Part shown: in pieces, positions 40,351-52,130 of the stretch
Layout: each line of letters opens with the position of its first letter
Numbering within the stretch: position 1 is the first letter of the stretch
DNA from: an uncultured delta proteobacterium
Lineage (GTDB): Bacteria > Desulfobacterota > Desulfobacteria > Desulfobacterales > Desulfosalsimonadaceae
DNA length: 64,000 nt
NCBI GenBank assembly: GCA_963826785.1
Contig: CAWGYD010000003.1
Span: 160,001-224,000, forward strand
Reading direction: 5' to 3'
Translations under genes and position numbers: made by a program
The notes under the pieces: generated by a model
What the model was told of the DNA's origin: nothing
Seen by the model: the letters and a program-made list of their open reading frames with translations, nothing else
Database searches by the model: none

Positions 40351-41731
40351 TTATGAAGTCCACTGGGATTCGATTTCTTCCAGGGTCTTGCCCTTGGTTT
40401 CCGGCACCCAGGAGAAGGAGAACAGGAGTGCGACGACACCGATGGCCGCATATATCCAGAAGGTGATACTGCTTCCGGCGACCGCGATGAGAATGGGAAA
40501 CGTAAAGGCGATCAGGAGGTTGGAGCCCCAGTTGCTGATGGTGGCCACACTCATGGCGCGGCCGCGGATTCTCAGCGGATAAATTTCAGATATCATCAGC
40601 CAGAAAATCGGCCCCAGGCTGAAGGCGAAACACCCCACGTAGACCATCAGGCAGATCACGGCGATCCAGCCGCGGTGGCTGCTGACCACCATGAAATCAA
40701 ATCCGAGGACGACCAGCGCGACAATCATCCCCGCGATCCCCGCCAGCAGGAGCGGACGTCGGCCCACTTTGTCGAGCAGGATCATGGCCACCACGGTCAT
40801 GATGACGTTGATCACGCCCACGCCGACGGTGGCCAGGATCGAGACGGCATCACTGCTGAAACCGGCGGTTTTGAAAATGGTCGGGGCGTAATAGATCACC
40901 GTATTGATGCCGATGAACTGTTGAAACATTGCCAGCCCGATGCCCACGATGAGCGGTATCCGCATGCCGGGCCTGAGCAGTTCGCCCCAGTTCGGCTTCT
41001 CGCGCTCCTTGGCTTTTTCGATCTCACCGATTTTTTTCTCCTTTTCTTTTCTGCCGGCGATTTTCAACAGCACCTTCCGGGCTTCTTCTTCATACCCCCG
41101 GTTGACCAGGGAGCGCGGACTGTCCGGCAGCGCGCCCATTCCCAGTGCCAGCATCGCCCCGGGTATGACGGCCAGCCCGAACATCCAGCGCCACCCGCCG
41201 GGATAGGCGAACACCCAGTCAATCACATAGGAAATGACGATGCCGATGGTGATGGCCAGCTGGTTGGTGGTCACCAAAGCGCCTCTCACCGCTGCCGGTG
41301 CGGATTCGGAAATGTAGAGCGGAGAGGTGTAGGATGCGATGCCGATGCCGAAACCGACGACGAACCGGCCGATGACCAGCCACCAGATCGCCTGTGCGAA
41401 AGCGGTCATGATGGCGCCGGCGATAAACAGAATGGCGGCGAAGATCAGCATGCTGCGGCGGCCGAACCGATCCGCCATGTTTCCGCTGGAAGCCGCTCCG
41501 ATGGTGGCGCCCGCCAGCACCGCAGCGGTGACAAGACCCACCATGGTCGGGGAAAAGTCGAAATTCCTGTTTTAAAAACAGCAGGGCGCCGGAAATCACC
41601 CCGGTATCATAGCCGAAGAGAAACCCGCCGATGGCGGCGACAATCGCCAGGAGCAACACGTAAAAACGGCTGTATTCTTCAGGGTCATCATCTCCGAAAG
41701 GGATCTTGCCCTTTGCATTGCGCGCGGACAT
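40351..41731 (-). CDS. Sugar porter family MFS transporter (frameshift near 41555)
   Basis: GGFLFGYDTGVISGA, DRFGRR, PDSPR, QQFIGINTVIYY, PETKGKTLEEI. Confidence 0.92.
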
Positions 41732-41955
41732 GCAGGCACTCCTTTTCTTTTGGATTAAGGGACTCAGCTGCCGGAATCTGTCATCTTTCAATGATTAACA
41801 AGTAGGAGCAGCCATCGCGGTCTGTCAAACCACAGCGCGGCAGAATCGACATTTGATTGACAGGGGCGCCGTTCATAGGGTATTTCAATATATGGAATCC
41901 ATTGGGAAAAACCATATACACCCGCAACCCTTTATCCGATCGGACGATACACCAC

Positions 41956-44934
41956 ATGAGTCGACAAAAGAAGATCGCAATCGTTATCGGCGCCATCCTT
42001 GCCGTTTATTCGCTGGCCGGGTTTGTGGCTGTTCCGCTGATACTTCAATCCATGCTGCCGAAAAAATTAGCCGAGGCACTGCATCGGCCGGTGACCATCG
42101 ACAAGGTCCGCATCAATCCGTTTTCCCTGACCGCATCTGTCGATGGGCTGGTGATCACGGACAAGAACCAGACCGCCCCTTTTGTCTCCTTTGATAAGCT
42201 GCTGATCAATATCCAGGCCGTATCCTTATTCAAGCTGGGCCTGGTGGCAAGGGAAGTGCGCCTGGAAAAACCCCGTGTCCATTTTACCCGAACCGCGCAA
42301 ACCGAATTTAACTTCTCCGACCTGATCACGGGAAAAAAGCCCGAATCCGAATCCGAAGAAACCAAACCGGCCGGGGAGCCGTTTCGGTTTTCCATTTCAA
42401 ATATCGCCATCATCGACGGGAGCGTTGTATTTGAAGATAAACCGGTCAAAGAAGAACACGTCCTGTCCGCGATCAATTTCCGTCTGCCCCGGATCTCCAA
42501 TTTCCAAAAGGACATCGACTCCTATTCGACGCCCGTGCTGACGGGAGAGCTGAACAAGGCGCAGATAAACGTCAACATGGATGCCAAGCCGTTTGAAAAC
42601 AGCCGGGAAACAAAGATCGATTTTTCGCTTTCAGGACTTGAGATTCCCTATTATTTTGTCTATGTACCTGAAAAAAAACTGGGTTTTAAAATCAGCAACG
42701 GCCGCCTGGATATTCAGGCACGGGTATCGTTTCAGGAAAAGAATAATGCGCCGGATGTCACGGTTGAGGGCGTCATCGGTATTGCCGGTCTCAAGATCAC
42801 CGGGCGAGACGGCAGCCCCATTTTGAATCTTACGGATTTAAAGATCGAGGTGGCCCCTTCCCGCCCGCTGGAAAAACAGCTGACCCTTGCGTCCGTCCAC
42901 ATGGATTCGCCGGAACTCTCCGTTTCCCGAAATCCGGAGGGCACGATCAACCTGACGACCCTGGCGCCGGAAAAACCGGCTGAGACAGGAGTGGATGCAT
43001 CGGCAAAGATCACACCGGCCCAATCAACTCCCGGACAGAATCCGCCTGAAAAACCGTTCACGATTGCCATTGATGAATTTTTGGTAGACTCCGGCAAAAT
43101 CTCATGGACCGACCGGGCGGCGTCAAAAACGCGACAAGCCGGGCCGGTGGAAATGTCTGTCGATGGTATTGGCATCAAGATCTCTGATTTTTCCAATGCC
43201 CCGGATCAAACCGCGACATACGATATTCATGCCCTGATCAACAAAAAAGCCGCCGTTTCCGCCGCCGGCCGCGTGGGCGTTGCCCCGCTTCAGGTTCAAA
43301 GCGATTTTGAAATTCAGGACATCAAGCTGGCCTGGGGTCAGCCCTACATTCCCGAAACCGTTCGCCTGGTGATAAATGACGGCAAATTCAGCGCCTCCGG
43401 GCATGCCGCCATCGCCACCGCACCGGAGGGCGCGCTTACGGCAGCGGTATCCGGAAAGGCGGCCGTCGATGAATTTGATTCCATGGACGGGTTAAAAAAC
43501 CAGCCGTTTGCCTCGTGGCGCACGTTTTCGGTTGACGGAATCGAAGTGTCGGTAAATCCCTTGCGCATCAGCACGGATAAAATTCTGCTGAGCGATTTTA
43601 AAAACCACCTGACCTTATTTACGGGCGGGGGATCAAATATGGCGGCAATATTTGCCGAACCTGAAAACCCGACTGGAGCCGGGCAGGAAGCAAAAGCGGC
43701 TGCGGCGGCAGATACGCAGACGCCATCTCCGGTCATCCCCATAAAGATCGGCGAAGTGCTTCTGGAAAATTTTAATGTCGAGTTCATCGACGGCAATATC
43801 GAACCCGAATTTTCCACCGGGTTGAACCTGTCGGAATTGCGGGTCACCGGATTGACCTCCGAGGGCTTCAATGCCGCGGATCTGGATGCAAACGGCCAAA
43901 TCGACAATTACGCACCGATAAAAGTGAACGGCAAAATCAATCCGCTCAAAAAGGACCTGTTCGTTGACCTGACCTACAGCCTGGACAACCTGGAACTCAG
44001 CCCGCTATCGCCGTTTTCCGGAAAATACATCGGCCGGACGATTGAAAAAGGCAAATTCAGCACGAGCGCGGTGTACAAGATCAATCAGAAGGTGATCCAC
44101 GCCGAAAACAAGGTACTGCTGGACCAGTTCACGCTGGGCCGGAAGGTGGACAGCCCGGATGCCCTCGACCTGCCGGTGGGCCTGGCCATCGCCCTGCTCA
44201 AGGACCGCAGCGGAAAGATCAAGCTGGACCTGCCGGTATCCGGAAGGACCGATGACCCGGATTTCGGAATTGGAAAGCCTCTGCTGGCAGCCCTGAAAAA
44301 CCTGGTGATCAAGGCCGCTGCATCGCCCTTTGACCTGGTCGGTTCCATTGTCGGCGGCGGCGAAGAACTCCGCTACATCGAATTTAATCCCGGCAGCGCC
44401 ATGATAGACGATGCAGCCGCCCGGAAACTCGACGCCATCAAAAAGCTGCTGTACGAGCGCCCGATTTTAAAACTCGACATTTCCGGCTATGTTGATCAGG
44501 CGGACAGGGACGCCCTTGCCGACCGGAAGCTGGCGCAAAAAATCAACGACCGACTGGCGAAAAATGGCTCGGTCAAAGACGGTGCGTCCCTGGATGAAAT
44601 CGCGCTGCCGCCCGAAGCATATGAAAAACTGCTCAAGCAGGTGTATGCGCAAGAGGTCCTGTCCGACCCGGATAAGGCAAAGACGCAAAAGCCGTTGGAT
44701 GATCCCGGCCTGACCCCTAAAGAAATGGAATCGCAGATCCGCAGTCAGATCACCGTCTCAGCAGACGAATTGCGCCAGCTGGCCCTCGAAAGAACCCGAC
44801 AGGTCAAGGATGATCTGCTGCACGACAACCATATTGCGGCCGACCGGCTGTTTCTCTTGCAGTCCCATCCCCTCTCCCCTGTCCAAAAAGATAAATTCAA
44901 AGCCTCCCGGGTTGAACTGACCCTGAGGCAGTAA
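41956..44934 (+). CDS. DUF748 domain (AsmA-like) protein with OmpA-like C-terminus
   Basis: N-terminal TM, INPFSL, LSPFSGKYIG, LAIALLKDRSGKIKLDLPVSG, ASPF, RVEL. Confidence 0.85.
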   Translation: MSRQKKIAIVIGAILAVYSLAGFVAVPLILQSMLPKKLAEALHRPVTIDKVRINPFSLTASVDGLVITDKNQTAPFVSFDKLLINIQAVSLFKLGLVAREVRLEKPRVHFTRTAQTEFNFSDLITGKKPESESEETKPAGEPFRFSISNIAIIDGSVVFEDKPVKEEHVLSAINFRLPRISNFQKDIDSYSTPVLTGELNKAQINVNMDAKPFENSRETKIDFSLSGLEIPYYFVYVPEKKLGFKISNGRLDIQARVSFQEKNNAPDVTVEGVIGIAGLKITGRDGSPILNLTDLKIEVAPSRPLEKQLTLASVHMDSPELSVSRNPEGTINLTTLAPEKPAETGVDASAKITPAQSTPGQNPPEKPFTIAIDEFLVDSGKISWTDRAASKTRQAGPVEMSVDGIGIKISDFSNAPDQTATYDIHALINKKAAVSAAGRVGVAPLQVQSDFEIQDIKLAWGQPYIPETVRLVINDGKFSASGHAAIATAPEGALTAAVSGKAAVDEFDSMDGLKNQPFASWRTFSVDGIEVSVNPLRISTDKILLSDFKNHLTLFTGGGSNMAAIFAEPENPTGAGQEAKAAAAADTQTPSPVIPIKIGEVLLENFNVEFIDGNIEPEFSTGLNLSELRVTGLTSEGFNAADLDANGQIDNYAPIKVNGKINPLKKDLFVDLTYSLDNLELSPLSPFSGKYIGRTIEKGKFSTSAVYKINQKVIHAENKVLLDQFTLGRKVDSPDALDLPVGLAIALLKDRSGKIKLDLPVSGRTDDPDFGIGKPLLAALKNLVIKAAASPFDLVGSIVGGGEELRYIEFNPGSAMIDDAAARKLDAIKKLLYERPILKLDISGYVDQADRDALADRKLAQKINDRLAKNGSVKDGASLDEIALPPEAYEKLLKQVYAQEVLSDPDKAKTQKPLDDPGLTPKEMESQIRSQITVSADELRQLALERTRQVKDDLLHDNHIAADRLFLLQSHPLSPVQKDKFKASRVELTLRQ

Positions 44935-45065
44935 AGGCAAGCCCTTAAAAACCATTTAACCCGGTGCGCCCGGCAAGCGTTTCACTTGACATCGCACCGC
45001 GCTCAAAATAGATAAAAAACAAGTCAATCCTGCGCGAACCAAATCAATCAAGGAAAAAGTACTTC

Positions 45066-48000
45066 ATGCCCATAGCGTTTCGCCCCCGAAAATTTTGGCT
45101 GGCAGCTCTGTTGATCATCGCCGGACTCATCGGCAACGCGCTGAACCTGCCGCTCATGCTGGGGGTCGATATCCTTTTCGGAAGCATCTTCACGCTGATC
45201 GTTCTGAAACTGTTCCGCTTGAAAGCGGGCCTGTTGGCCGCAATTCTGGCGGGAAGCTATACCCTTTTTTTGTGGGGACACCCCTATGCGCTGGTGATCC
45301 TGGTCTGTGAAGCCCTGTTCGTGGGTGTTCTGCTGGAAAAATTCAAGGAGGGCGAACTCGTCACCTTCGATATGATCTATTGGGTGGTCATGGGCATGCC
45401 GCTGGTCTGGATCTTCTACCATCCGGTTCTGGGCATGACGACCAAGGCCACGCTGGTGGTCATGCTCAAACAGGGGATCAACGGCATATTCAATGCGGCC
45501 ATGGCCTCCATCATCCTTAACTATACCCCCCTTGCCGCCTGGGTCAAAGCGCCCGGTTACAAACCGGATAGGCCTTCCGGCATGCTGTCTTTGAAATCCA
45601 ACTTTTCCCAGCCGATCATCTCCGGGGTGATCCTGTCCATATTCATACTGCTCAACATCACCGGCAAGATCGAATTCAACCAGCTTGAAAAGGAAGTCAA
45701 ATCGGAGCTTGGGAACAATTTGGCCTTTATTTCCGAATCTCTTGATCTCTGGGTGGGCCAACACACGGATATCGTGCAATGGATTGCCGCCCGTGCCGGG
45801 CAGACAGGGGGTCTGTCCACCCGGGAACTGACCGGAATGCTGGTGACGCTCAAAGCCTCGGATTCCGACTTCCTGGATCTCGCCGTGGGAGATGCGCAGG
45901 GCCGGATCCTGAACGGCACCGCAGATATGCGCGGTCAGGAAAATACGCCCGCACAAATGAAACCGGCCGTTCAAACTTACTTTCAGGCATTCAAGTCCGG
46001 CCAGAAGACCGTTTTGTCCGATACGTGCGAAACGCTCATGGGAAAATCCACCCCTCAGCCGGTGGCTGTAATTGCCAGCCCGATCCGTATCGACGGGCAT
46101 TTTGCCGGATACGTCGCCGGAGCACTGAGACTGGACAGCATTGCCCGTGTCATTGCCGGCAATTCGGGGAAAAGCGGCGAAAACTTCATGATCCTGGACA
46201 GCCGCAAGCGCATTGTGGCATCATCGTCCGGGGTACAGCCGGTCCCCAGGATGTTTCGATCTCCCGAAGGATCTCAGATCCGGCGCCTGGATGACCGCAC
46301 ATACCTGCGTATGCCCGCCCTGAAGACGAAAAATCCCATGCAGAAGTGGTTTCAGTCATTTTATATCATCGAAGCGCCGCCAAAGGGGAACCAACTGTGG
46401 ACACTGATCGGCGAAATTCCGGCCGCCCCTTACCGGGATCGGCTTTATACGTTGTATATTACCCATTTAATCATTGCACTGATGATCATCATGGTGGTGG
46501 TCTTCCTGACGGAATTCGTCAGCCGGCGGGTGGCTGCCCCCATCGTGGATCTGGATGCACTGGCGGTCCGCCTGCCCCATTCGCTTGATTCACCCGACCG
46601 GTTTTCATGGCCGAAAAGCAGCATCAAGGAAGTCAGTTCACTTGCCTGCAGTTTTCAGGAGATGGAGGATCTGCTCCGTCAGAAATTCCAGGAACGCAGG
46701 CAGATCGGGATCGAACTTCTGCGGGCCAAAGAGCAGGCCGAAGCCTCCAATCATGCCAAAAGCGAGTTTCTGGCCAACATGAGTCACGAGATTCGCACAC
46801 CCATCGGCGGCATCATGGGAATGGCGGATATGGCGCTGTCCCTGTGCACGGAAGAGGAACAACGGGAATGCCTGCAGTTGATCAAGGATTCGACCGCTTC
46901 TTTACAGGGCATCGTCAATGATATTCTGGACCTTTCCAAGATCGAAGCCGGCAAACTCGATCTGGTGCCCGTCAGTTTCGATCTTCGATCGCTTCTGGAC
47001 GGCATCATGAACACCTTCAAGGTCCTGGCCCAATCCAAGAATCTCGTGCTGAAAGCCAAAATCGCCCCTGACCTTCCCGCAAGCCTCATTGGCGACCCGG
47101 ACCGGATCCGGCAGGTTCTGGTCAATCTGGTGGGAAATGCATGTAAATTTACAAAGCAGGGAGAGGTCGAAATTACGGTCACGCACATCCGAACCGGAGA
47201 AAAAGGGACAGATGATGCGAATGCGCCCATCAAGCTGTTTTTCTGCGTGACGGACACGGGCATCGGCATCGCTTCTGAAAAACAGGCGGCTATCTTTGAA
47301 AGTTTCAACCAGGCCGATCAATCCATCAGCAAACGCTATGGCGGAACCGGACTCGGGCTGTCCATCTCCCGGAAGCTGGTGGAAATGATGGGGGGTGAAA
47401 TATGGCTGGAGAGCACCGAGGGGAAGGGATCATCCTTTCATTTTTCCATCCTGGTTGCAGAAGCGGGTACTGAAACGGACGCCACAACATTCAATTCCCC
47501 GGCAGCCGGTACGGAATCGATCCCTGCCCTGCGGATTCTGCTGGCAGAAGACAATCAGATCAACCAGCGGTTTATCGGCTACTTCCTGACCCGGGCGGGG
47601 CACCATGTGGTTTGCGCGGCCAATGGAAAAGACGCCCTGGCGGCGCTGAAAGAAAAACGGTTCGATCTCATCCTCATGGACATGCAGATGCCGGAAATGG
47701 ACGGCATGGAAGCGATCCTGCGCATACGGTCATCCTCGGAGAGCCATTTCAACCCCCAAATCCCCATCATCGCCTTGACGGCATACGCCATGAAAGGCGA
47801 CCGGGAGTCCATTCTGGAATCGGGCGCCAACGAATACCTGGCCAAGCCGGTGGAGATCGATGCCCTTTTTTCCACCATCTTCAAAGTTGTTTCCGGGACG
47901 CCAAAAGGCGTAACGCAACATCTGGCGGAAGCGGTGAATCTTGATCAACTGGCCGCCGATTTTGGCGGCCATCCCGGTTATGAAGTCGTGATCGAACAGC

Positions 48001-48278
48001 TGGTGACGATGTTTCTGTGCGAGACACCGGACCTGGTGGAGGAACTGCGCCGGGCCGTGTTATCGGATGATGCCCGGGAGATATCCATACTGGCCCACAA
48101 ATTGTGCAATTCAGCCGCCGTGATCAAAGCCGATGGCATACTTGATATCGCCCGGCAAATCGAATCGGCGGCCCGGACAAACCGACTGGAAGTCGTCCGC
48201 AATTGTTTCAAAGAACTGCCACCTGAACTCGACCGGGTGGAAAGGGTCTTGAAAACACAGTTCCCGGAAAAAAATTAA
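45066..48278 (+). CDS. Hybrid sensor histidine kinase (membrane domain, Cache-like, HisKA, HATPase, REC, Hpt)
   Basis: [50 protein letters not shown]. Confidence 0.93.
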   Translation: MPIAFRPRKFWLAALLIIAGLIGNALNLPLMLGVDILFGSIFTLIVLKLFRLKAGLLAAILAGSYTLFLWGHPYALVILVCEALFVGVLLEKFKEGELVTFDMIYWVVMGMPLVWIFYHPVLGMTTKATLVVMLKQGINGIFNAAMASIILNYTPLAAWVKAPGYKPDRPSGMLSLKSNFSQPIISGVILSIFILLNITGKIEFNQLEKEVKSELGNNLAFISESLDLWVGQHTDIVQWIAARAGQTGGLSTRELTGMLVTLKASDSDFLDLAVGDAQGRILNGTADMRGQENTPAQMKPAVQTYFQAFKSGQKTVLSDTCETLMGKSTPQPVAVIASPIRIDGHFAGYVAGALRLDSIARVIAGNSGKSGENFMILDSRKRIVASSSGVQPVPRMFRSPEGSQIRRLDDRTYLRMPALKTKNPMQKWFQSFYIIEAPPKGNQLWTLIGEIPAAPYRDRLYTLYITHLIIALMIIMVVVFLTEFVSRRVAAPIVDLDALAVRLPHSLDSPDRFSWPKSSIKEVSSLACSFQEMEDLLRQKFQERRQIGIELLRAKEQAEASNHAKSEFLANMSHEIRTPIGGIMGMADMALSLCTEEEQRECLQLIKDSTASLQGIVNDILDLSKIEAGKLDLVPVSFDLRSLLDGIMNTFKVLAQSKNLVLKAKIAPDLPASLIGDPDRIRQVLVNLVGNACKFTKQGEVEITVTHIRTGEKGTDDANAPIKLFFCVTDTGIGIASEKQAAIFESFNQADQSISKRYGGTGLGLSISRKLVEMMGGEIWLESTEGKGSSFHFSILVAEAGTETDATTFNSPAAGTESIPALRILLAEDNQINQRFIGYFLTRAGHHVVCAANGKDALAALKEKRFDLILMDMQMPEMDGMEAILRIRSSSESHFNPQIPIIALTAYAMKGDRESILESGANEYLAKPVEIDALFSTIFKVVSGTPKGVTQHLAEAVNLDQLAADFGGHPGYEVVIEQLVTMFLCETPDLVEELRRAVLSDDAREISILAHKLCNSAAVIKADGILDIARQIESAARTNRLEVVRNCFKELPPELDRVERVLKTQFPEKN

Positions 48279-48302
48279 GAACCCGGTTGAACCGCTCGTT
48301 TT

Positions 48303-50078
48303 TCAGGCGGATTTCTTATATGTTTCCTTGTTCGCGTCCGCACCCGCCTGATTTTCAGGACGCGCCGGCCGCAAAGGTGCATGCCAGGCCAGGTGAAACC
48401 CCTCCCCGGTAACCACCGACGGATCGGTGACCGCGACGTTCCCGTCTTCCGGGAGCACCACCCGCATGGGGCAGTCCGTCATGATGTCCTTTCCGATATC
48501 CACCCCGGGCATCACCTCTATGAGCATCATGCCCTTCGGGGTCAGTTTGAATACGCCCACATTGGTGATATACAGGACCGTCTTTCCTTTTTTGAGTGCC
48601 TGTTGGCCGCTCATGGTAATCTCACTGACGCTTTGAACGAACTTGTGCGGCCCGGGTTTTTCAATCACCAGGCGGCCGTTGACGATCGCCATTGTTGAAT
48701 GGGCCATCCAGCTGCCGACGAAAAGGATGGTGTCGGCCGCGGCGCAGAAATCAGGGAAACCGCCCGGCCCCACGTAATTCAGGGGGCCGTCTCCGCGCTT
48801 GGAGACATTGAGATTCCCCTCGCTGTCGGCTTCCAGAATGCCCAGGATGGCGGCATCCAGGTGCTCGTAGCACAGGTGGAAAATCTGAGCCGAAGACATG
48901 ATCTCACGGGGATTGATGGATGCGCCGAAGAAGATCCCGGGGGCGGGCAGTCCGCCCACCACGCCGGTCTCGGACATAAAGGTCACGTCTTTGAACAATC
49001 CCCCCTCGTAGATCAGCCGGGCGACTTCCTCGGGCATTCCCACCCCGATGATGATGTTGCAGCACTTGTGGACATAACGTGTGAATACCGAAGCCGCCAG
49101 CCGGGCCAGGGCGTTTTCCACCCGCCCCCGCTTGGGCGTGATTCGGAGCACTTCATTGATAAACCGCAGTTTTTCCATGGCGGGATCGATATCAACGTTT
49201 GCCCCTTCGGTGAACATGGGCCAGTATTTGCGCTGGGGCACCGACCCGGTCTGCTCGTTGTACGGATGAACCACCACCGCATCCACCATGTCCGCCGGCA
49301 GAAAAATTTCATCCGGGCGCTTCTCCACGATTTCAGCCACACTGACCAGCACCCGGCCGCCGTTGGCTTTAGCGGCTTTTGCCGATTCATGATTCTCGGT
49401 GTACAGGCAGCAGTTCCGGACATAGATGTTGCCCTCCCGGTCGGCGGACGGAGCGACGAACAACGCCACATCGACGGGCGGAAGATGATAGCGCAGCTTG
49501 TCTCCGGCGGCATCTGTCATGCTTTTCCCCCTGCCGGGGACCACCACGGTCCCGTTTCCCACCCGGGGGTCTAAAAATGTGCCCACCCCGGTTTCGGATT
49601 CCAGTGCATAAACCCCGTTTCCCTGCGCTTCGATCAGCATGGCTTCGATCCCCTGGGGGAAGGTGTGCAGTTCGACCAAACCTTTTTCGGCCAGCTTCAG
49701 CATGCTCCGGACGGTTTCATGATGCCCGGCGATAAACCGGGTGACCAGCCCCTCGTGTTTCCCGAGTTCCTCCACGGTGCCGGGCACCCGCCCCCGGCCG
49801 CCCTGGGCGCCGACGATGATGTGGGTCAGCCCCCGGGGGTGCCCGGTCTCCCGAAAGGAGCGCTCGATGGCCCAGAACCACACAGATGGGCGTGCATTGG
49901 CCGCCATGCCGCAGGAAAAGGAGACCGCCCCGTCCCGGATCAACCGGACCGCTTCCATGGCCGTCATGAATTTCGGGTTGGACACGCCTTCGGGTATGTA
50001 ATCGAGATCCTTTCGCTCCCAGGTCAATCGCCACTTTGCGACGTGGGCCAGCAATTGCAGCCGGGCAAACAGATTCAT
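48303..50078 (-). CDS. Family I acyl-CoA:acetate CoA-transferase (propionate CoA-transferase/YdiF-like)
   Basis: FPQG, GVGTFLDPR, ADREGN, IGVGMP, SETG (catalytic Glu), GNLNVSK, GPGGF. Confidence 0.87.
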   Translation of the reverse strand: MNLFARLQLLAHVAKWRLTWERKDLDYIPEGVSNPKFMTAMEAVRLIRDGAVSFSCGMAANARPSVWFWAIERSFRETGHPRGLTHIIVGAQGGRGRVPGTVEELGKHEGLVTRFIAGHHETVRSMLKLAEKGLVELHTFPQGIEAMLIEAQGNGVYALESETGVGTFLDPRVGNGTVVVPGRGKSMTDAAGDKLRYHLPPVDVALFVAPSADREGNIYVRNCCLYTENHESAKAAKANGGRVLVSVAEIVEKRPDEIFLPADMVDAVVVHPYNEQTGSVPQRKYWPMFTEGANVDIDPAMEKLRFINEVLRITPKRGRVENALARLAASVFTRYVHKCCNIIIGVGMPEEVARLIYEGGLFKDVTFMSETGVVGGLPAPGIFFGASINPREIMSSAQIFHLCYEHLDAAILGILEADSEGNLNVSKRGDGPLNYVGPGGFPDFCAAADTILFVGSWMAHSTMAIVNGRLVIEKPGPHKFVQSVSEITMSGQQALKKGKTVLYITNVGVFKLTPKGMMLIEVMPGVDIGKDIMTDCPMRVVLPEDGNVAVTDPSVVTGEGFHLAWHAPLRPARPENQAGADANKETYKKSA

Positions 50079-50147
50079 GGCAGCCTCCTCATTGGTCGAT
50101 GAATTTTTTTCTCGGAAACGACGACGGTCAATTCCGGATATGAGGAG

Positions 50148-50163
50148 TGCAATCGATGTGCCA
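50148..50163 (-). promoter_or_regulatory. sigma54 promoter of the CoA-transferase gene
   Basis: TGGCAC-ATCGA-TTGCA, a perfect -24/-12 consensus 70 bp upstream of the ATG. Confidence 0.85.
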
Positions 50164-50661
50164 GATCATGAAAGCTGAGGTGATGGCCTGTGTAAAATCA
50201 GAAATTCAGGGCTTTTTCGAAGATGCGAGGCTTTCATGCATTGAAAAACGGGAGGTCTGAATACCGGCGGGATGCTTACATCCCGGATTTACAAAATTTC
50301 AACAATGATCCGAAGGTGACTGCGAAGGCGGTGTCGGATGATTTTTAAGGAAAATATCATGTCAAAAAATCCGGCAGGTTGTAAAAAACGAAGAACGCTT
50401 TTTATTCCGGAGGCAAAGGGGGAAGTGTTTCCCCAGGCGGTCTTTCCAGATTGCCGCCCGGCGGGTCCGGCGCTGCTGAAAACCCTGTCAACTTTTTTGA
50501 GCTGGATTGATTGCCCCCCACCGCGTGCCGGCAATACTGGAAAAGGGCCGCCGGGGGCCAGGAAAAAAAATCACCCGGGTAAACGGCGTGGAGGTGATTG
50601 TCATTAAGCCGGGGATCAGATCGGCCATGCAGCCGCAGGGCGGCTTTACAGGCAAAGCCGG

Positions 50662-50859
50662 TCAGGCATCCACCGCCACCAGGCTGATCCCCAGTTTCTG
50701 CTCGAGATGCTGCAGCTTTTGCATTTTACCGTCATCCAGACTGGCCGGATTGAGCGAATGGCAGGAAAAGGCCAACAGGACCGTTCCCAGTTCCTGCTCC
50801 ATCCGGTTGATTTCGGTGATGTCATTTTCGGTAAGGGTGGTGGACAGGCTGCATAGCAT
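50662..50859 (-). CDS. Small hypothetical protein with an internal duplication
   Basis: RBS GGAG. Two similar halves, INRMEQELGTVLLAF and LQHLEQKLGISLVAV. Confidence 0.7.
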   Translation of the reverse strand: MLCSLSTTLTENDITEINRMEQELGTVLLAFSCHSLNPASLDDGKMQKLQHLEQKLGISLVAVDA

Positions 50860-50991
50860 GGCAAATTCTCCTTTGGGCATTTTTTGTCATTTGAAAACAG
50901 TCATATAAGGTCCGGGTACCATCGCCCTAAATATATATTCAGGATTATGACTTCGCCATATTCTAAATTGATTTGAGAAAAAATACCTATA

Positions 50992-52011
50992 TTATTCAAA
51001 TAGTTGTTTGATATCAGAAAAAGAAATCGGCTCCACCACGGCCTTTCCGATGGCGGACAGCAGAACAAAATGAATAAACGCCCCTTCGCGCTTCTTGTCC
51101 CGGGCCAGGGCATCGAGCACCCGGTCCTTATCCAGGGCGATGTCCACCGGCAGGTGAAACCGGTTGAGTAAAGTGATAATCCGATCCACTTCGTTTCGGG
51201 TGATCATCTTCCGCGCGGCGGACAGCTTCGCGGCCGCCGCCATGCCCACCGCCACCGCTTCGCCGTGGGAAAGGCCGGTGGTTTTTTCCACGGCATGGCC
51301 CAGGGTGTGCCCGAAATTGAGCTTGCGGCGCTCCCCTTTTTCGGTTTCATCGGCGTTGACCACCGCGGCCTTGATGGTCACGGAATCCGATATCACCTGC
51401 TCCATCACCCCGGGATCCAGGGCGAGCGCTTTTGCGTGATGGTCTTCGAGATAGGCAAAATATTCCGCATCGGCAATGGCGGCATGCTTGATGATTTCGG
51501 AAAATCCGCTGGAGCGCTCCTTTGCCGGCAGTGTAGGCAAAACAGCGGGGTCGCAGAGCACGAATTCCGGCTGGGAAAACACCCCCACCATGTTCTTGTA
51601 TCCGGCAAAATTCACGCCGGTTTTGCCCCCCACGCTGGCATCCACCTGGGCCAGCAGTGTGGTGGGCACGTAGCCGAAGGACACCCCCCGCAGGTAGGTG
51701 GAGGCAACAAACCCGGTGATGTCGCAGACGATGCCGCCGCCGATCCCCAGCAGAAACACGGACCGGTCCGCCTCAAGATCGATGAGGCGAGCATAGATGT
51801 CTGCAACCGTATCTAACGTCTTGATCGGCTCCCCTGCCCCAACGACAATCACCTCGGCCTTCGGAAACGCATGCCCATAGAGGCCGGCTACGGTCTGATC
51901 GGTGATGATCACGGTCCGGCCGGACGGCAGGTAATTTCCGGCCCGCTCCAGCCGTTCGCCCACCACAATCCGGGAGTGGCCGGTTTTTCCCGATATTTCA
52001 AATGTTTTCAA
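50992..52011 (-). CDS. aroB: 3-dehydroquinate synthase
   Basis: GGGIVCDITGF, PTTLLAQVDASVGGKTGVN, LNFGHTLGHAVE, HGEAV. Confidence 0.96.
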   Translation of the reverse strand: MKTFEISGKTGHSRIVVGERLERAGNYLPSGRTVIITDQTVAGLYGHAFPKAEVIVVGAGEPIKTLDTVADIYARLIDLEADRSVFLLGIGGGIVCDITGFVASTYLRGVSFGYVPTTLLAQVDASVGGKTGVNFAGYKNMVGVFSQPEFVLCDPAVLPTLPAKERSSGFSEIIKHAAIADAEYFAYLEDHHAKALALDPGVMEQVISDSVTIKAAVVNADETEKGERRKLNFGHTLGHAVEKTTGLSHGEAVAVGMAAAAKLSAARKMITRNEVDRIITLLNRFHLPVDIALDKDRVLDALARDKKREGAFIHFVLLSAIGKAVVEPISFSDIKQLFE

Positions 52012-52130
52012 ATGATCCTCCTCATGATGCGCTGTAAATGAATTTCGCTTTCAAAGGCGCGCGGGATCCAAAAAGGGTATCTGATTTTCCTTGTTCGTTC
52101 CTTTTTCTTTGGCGGGCGCTTTTTCCCAAT

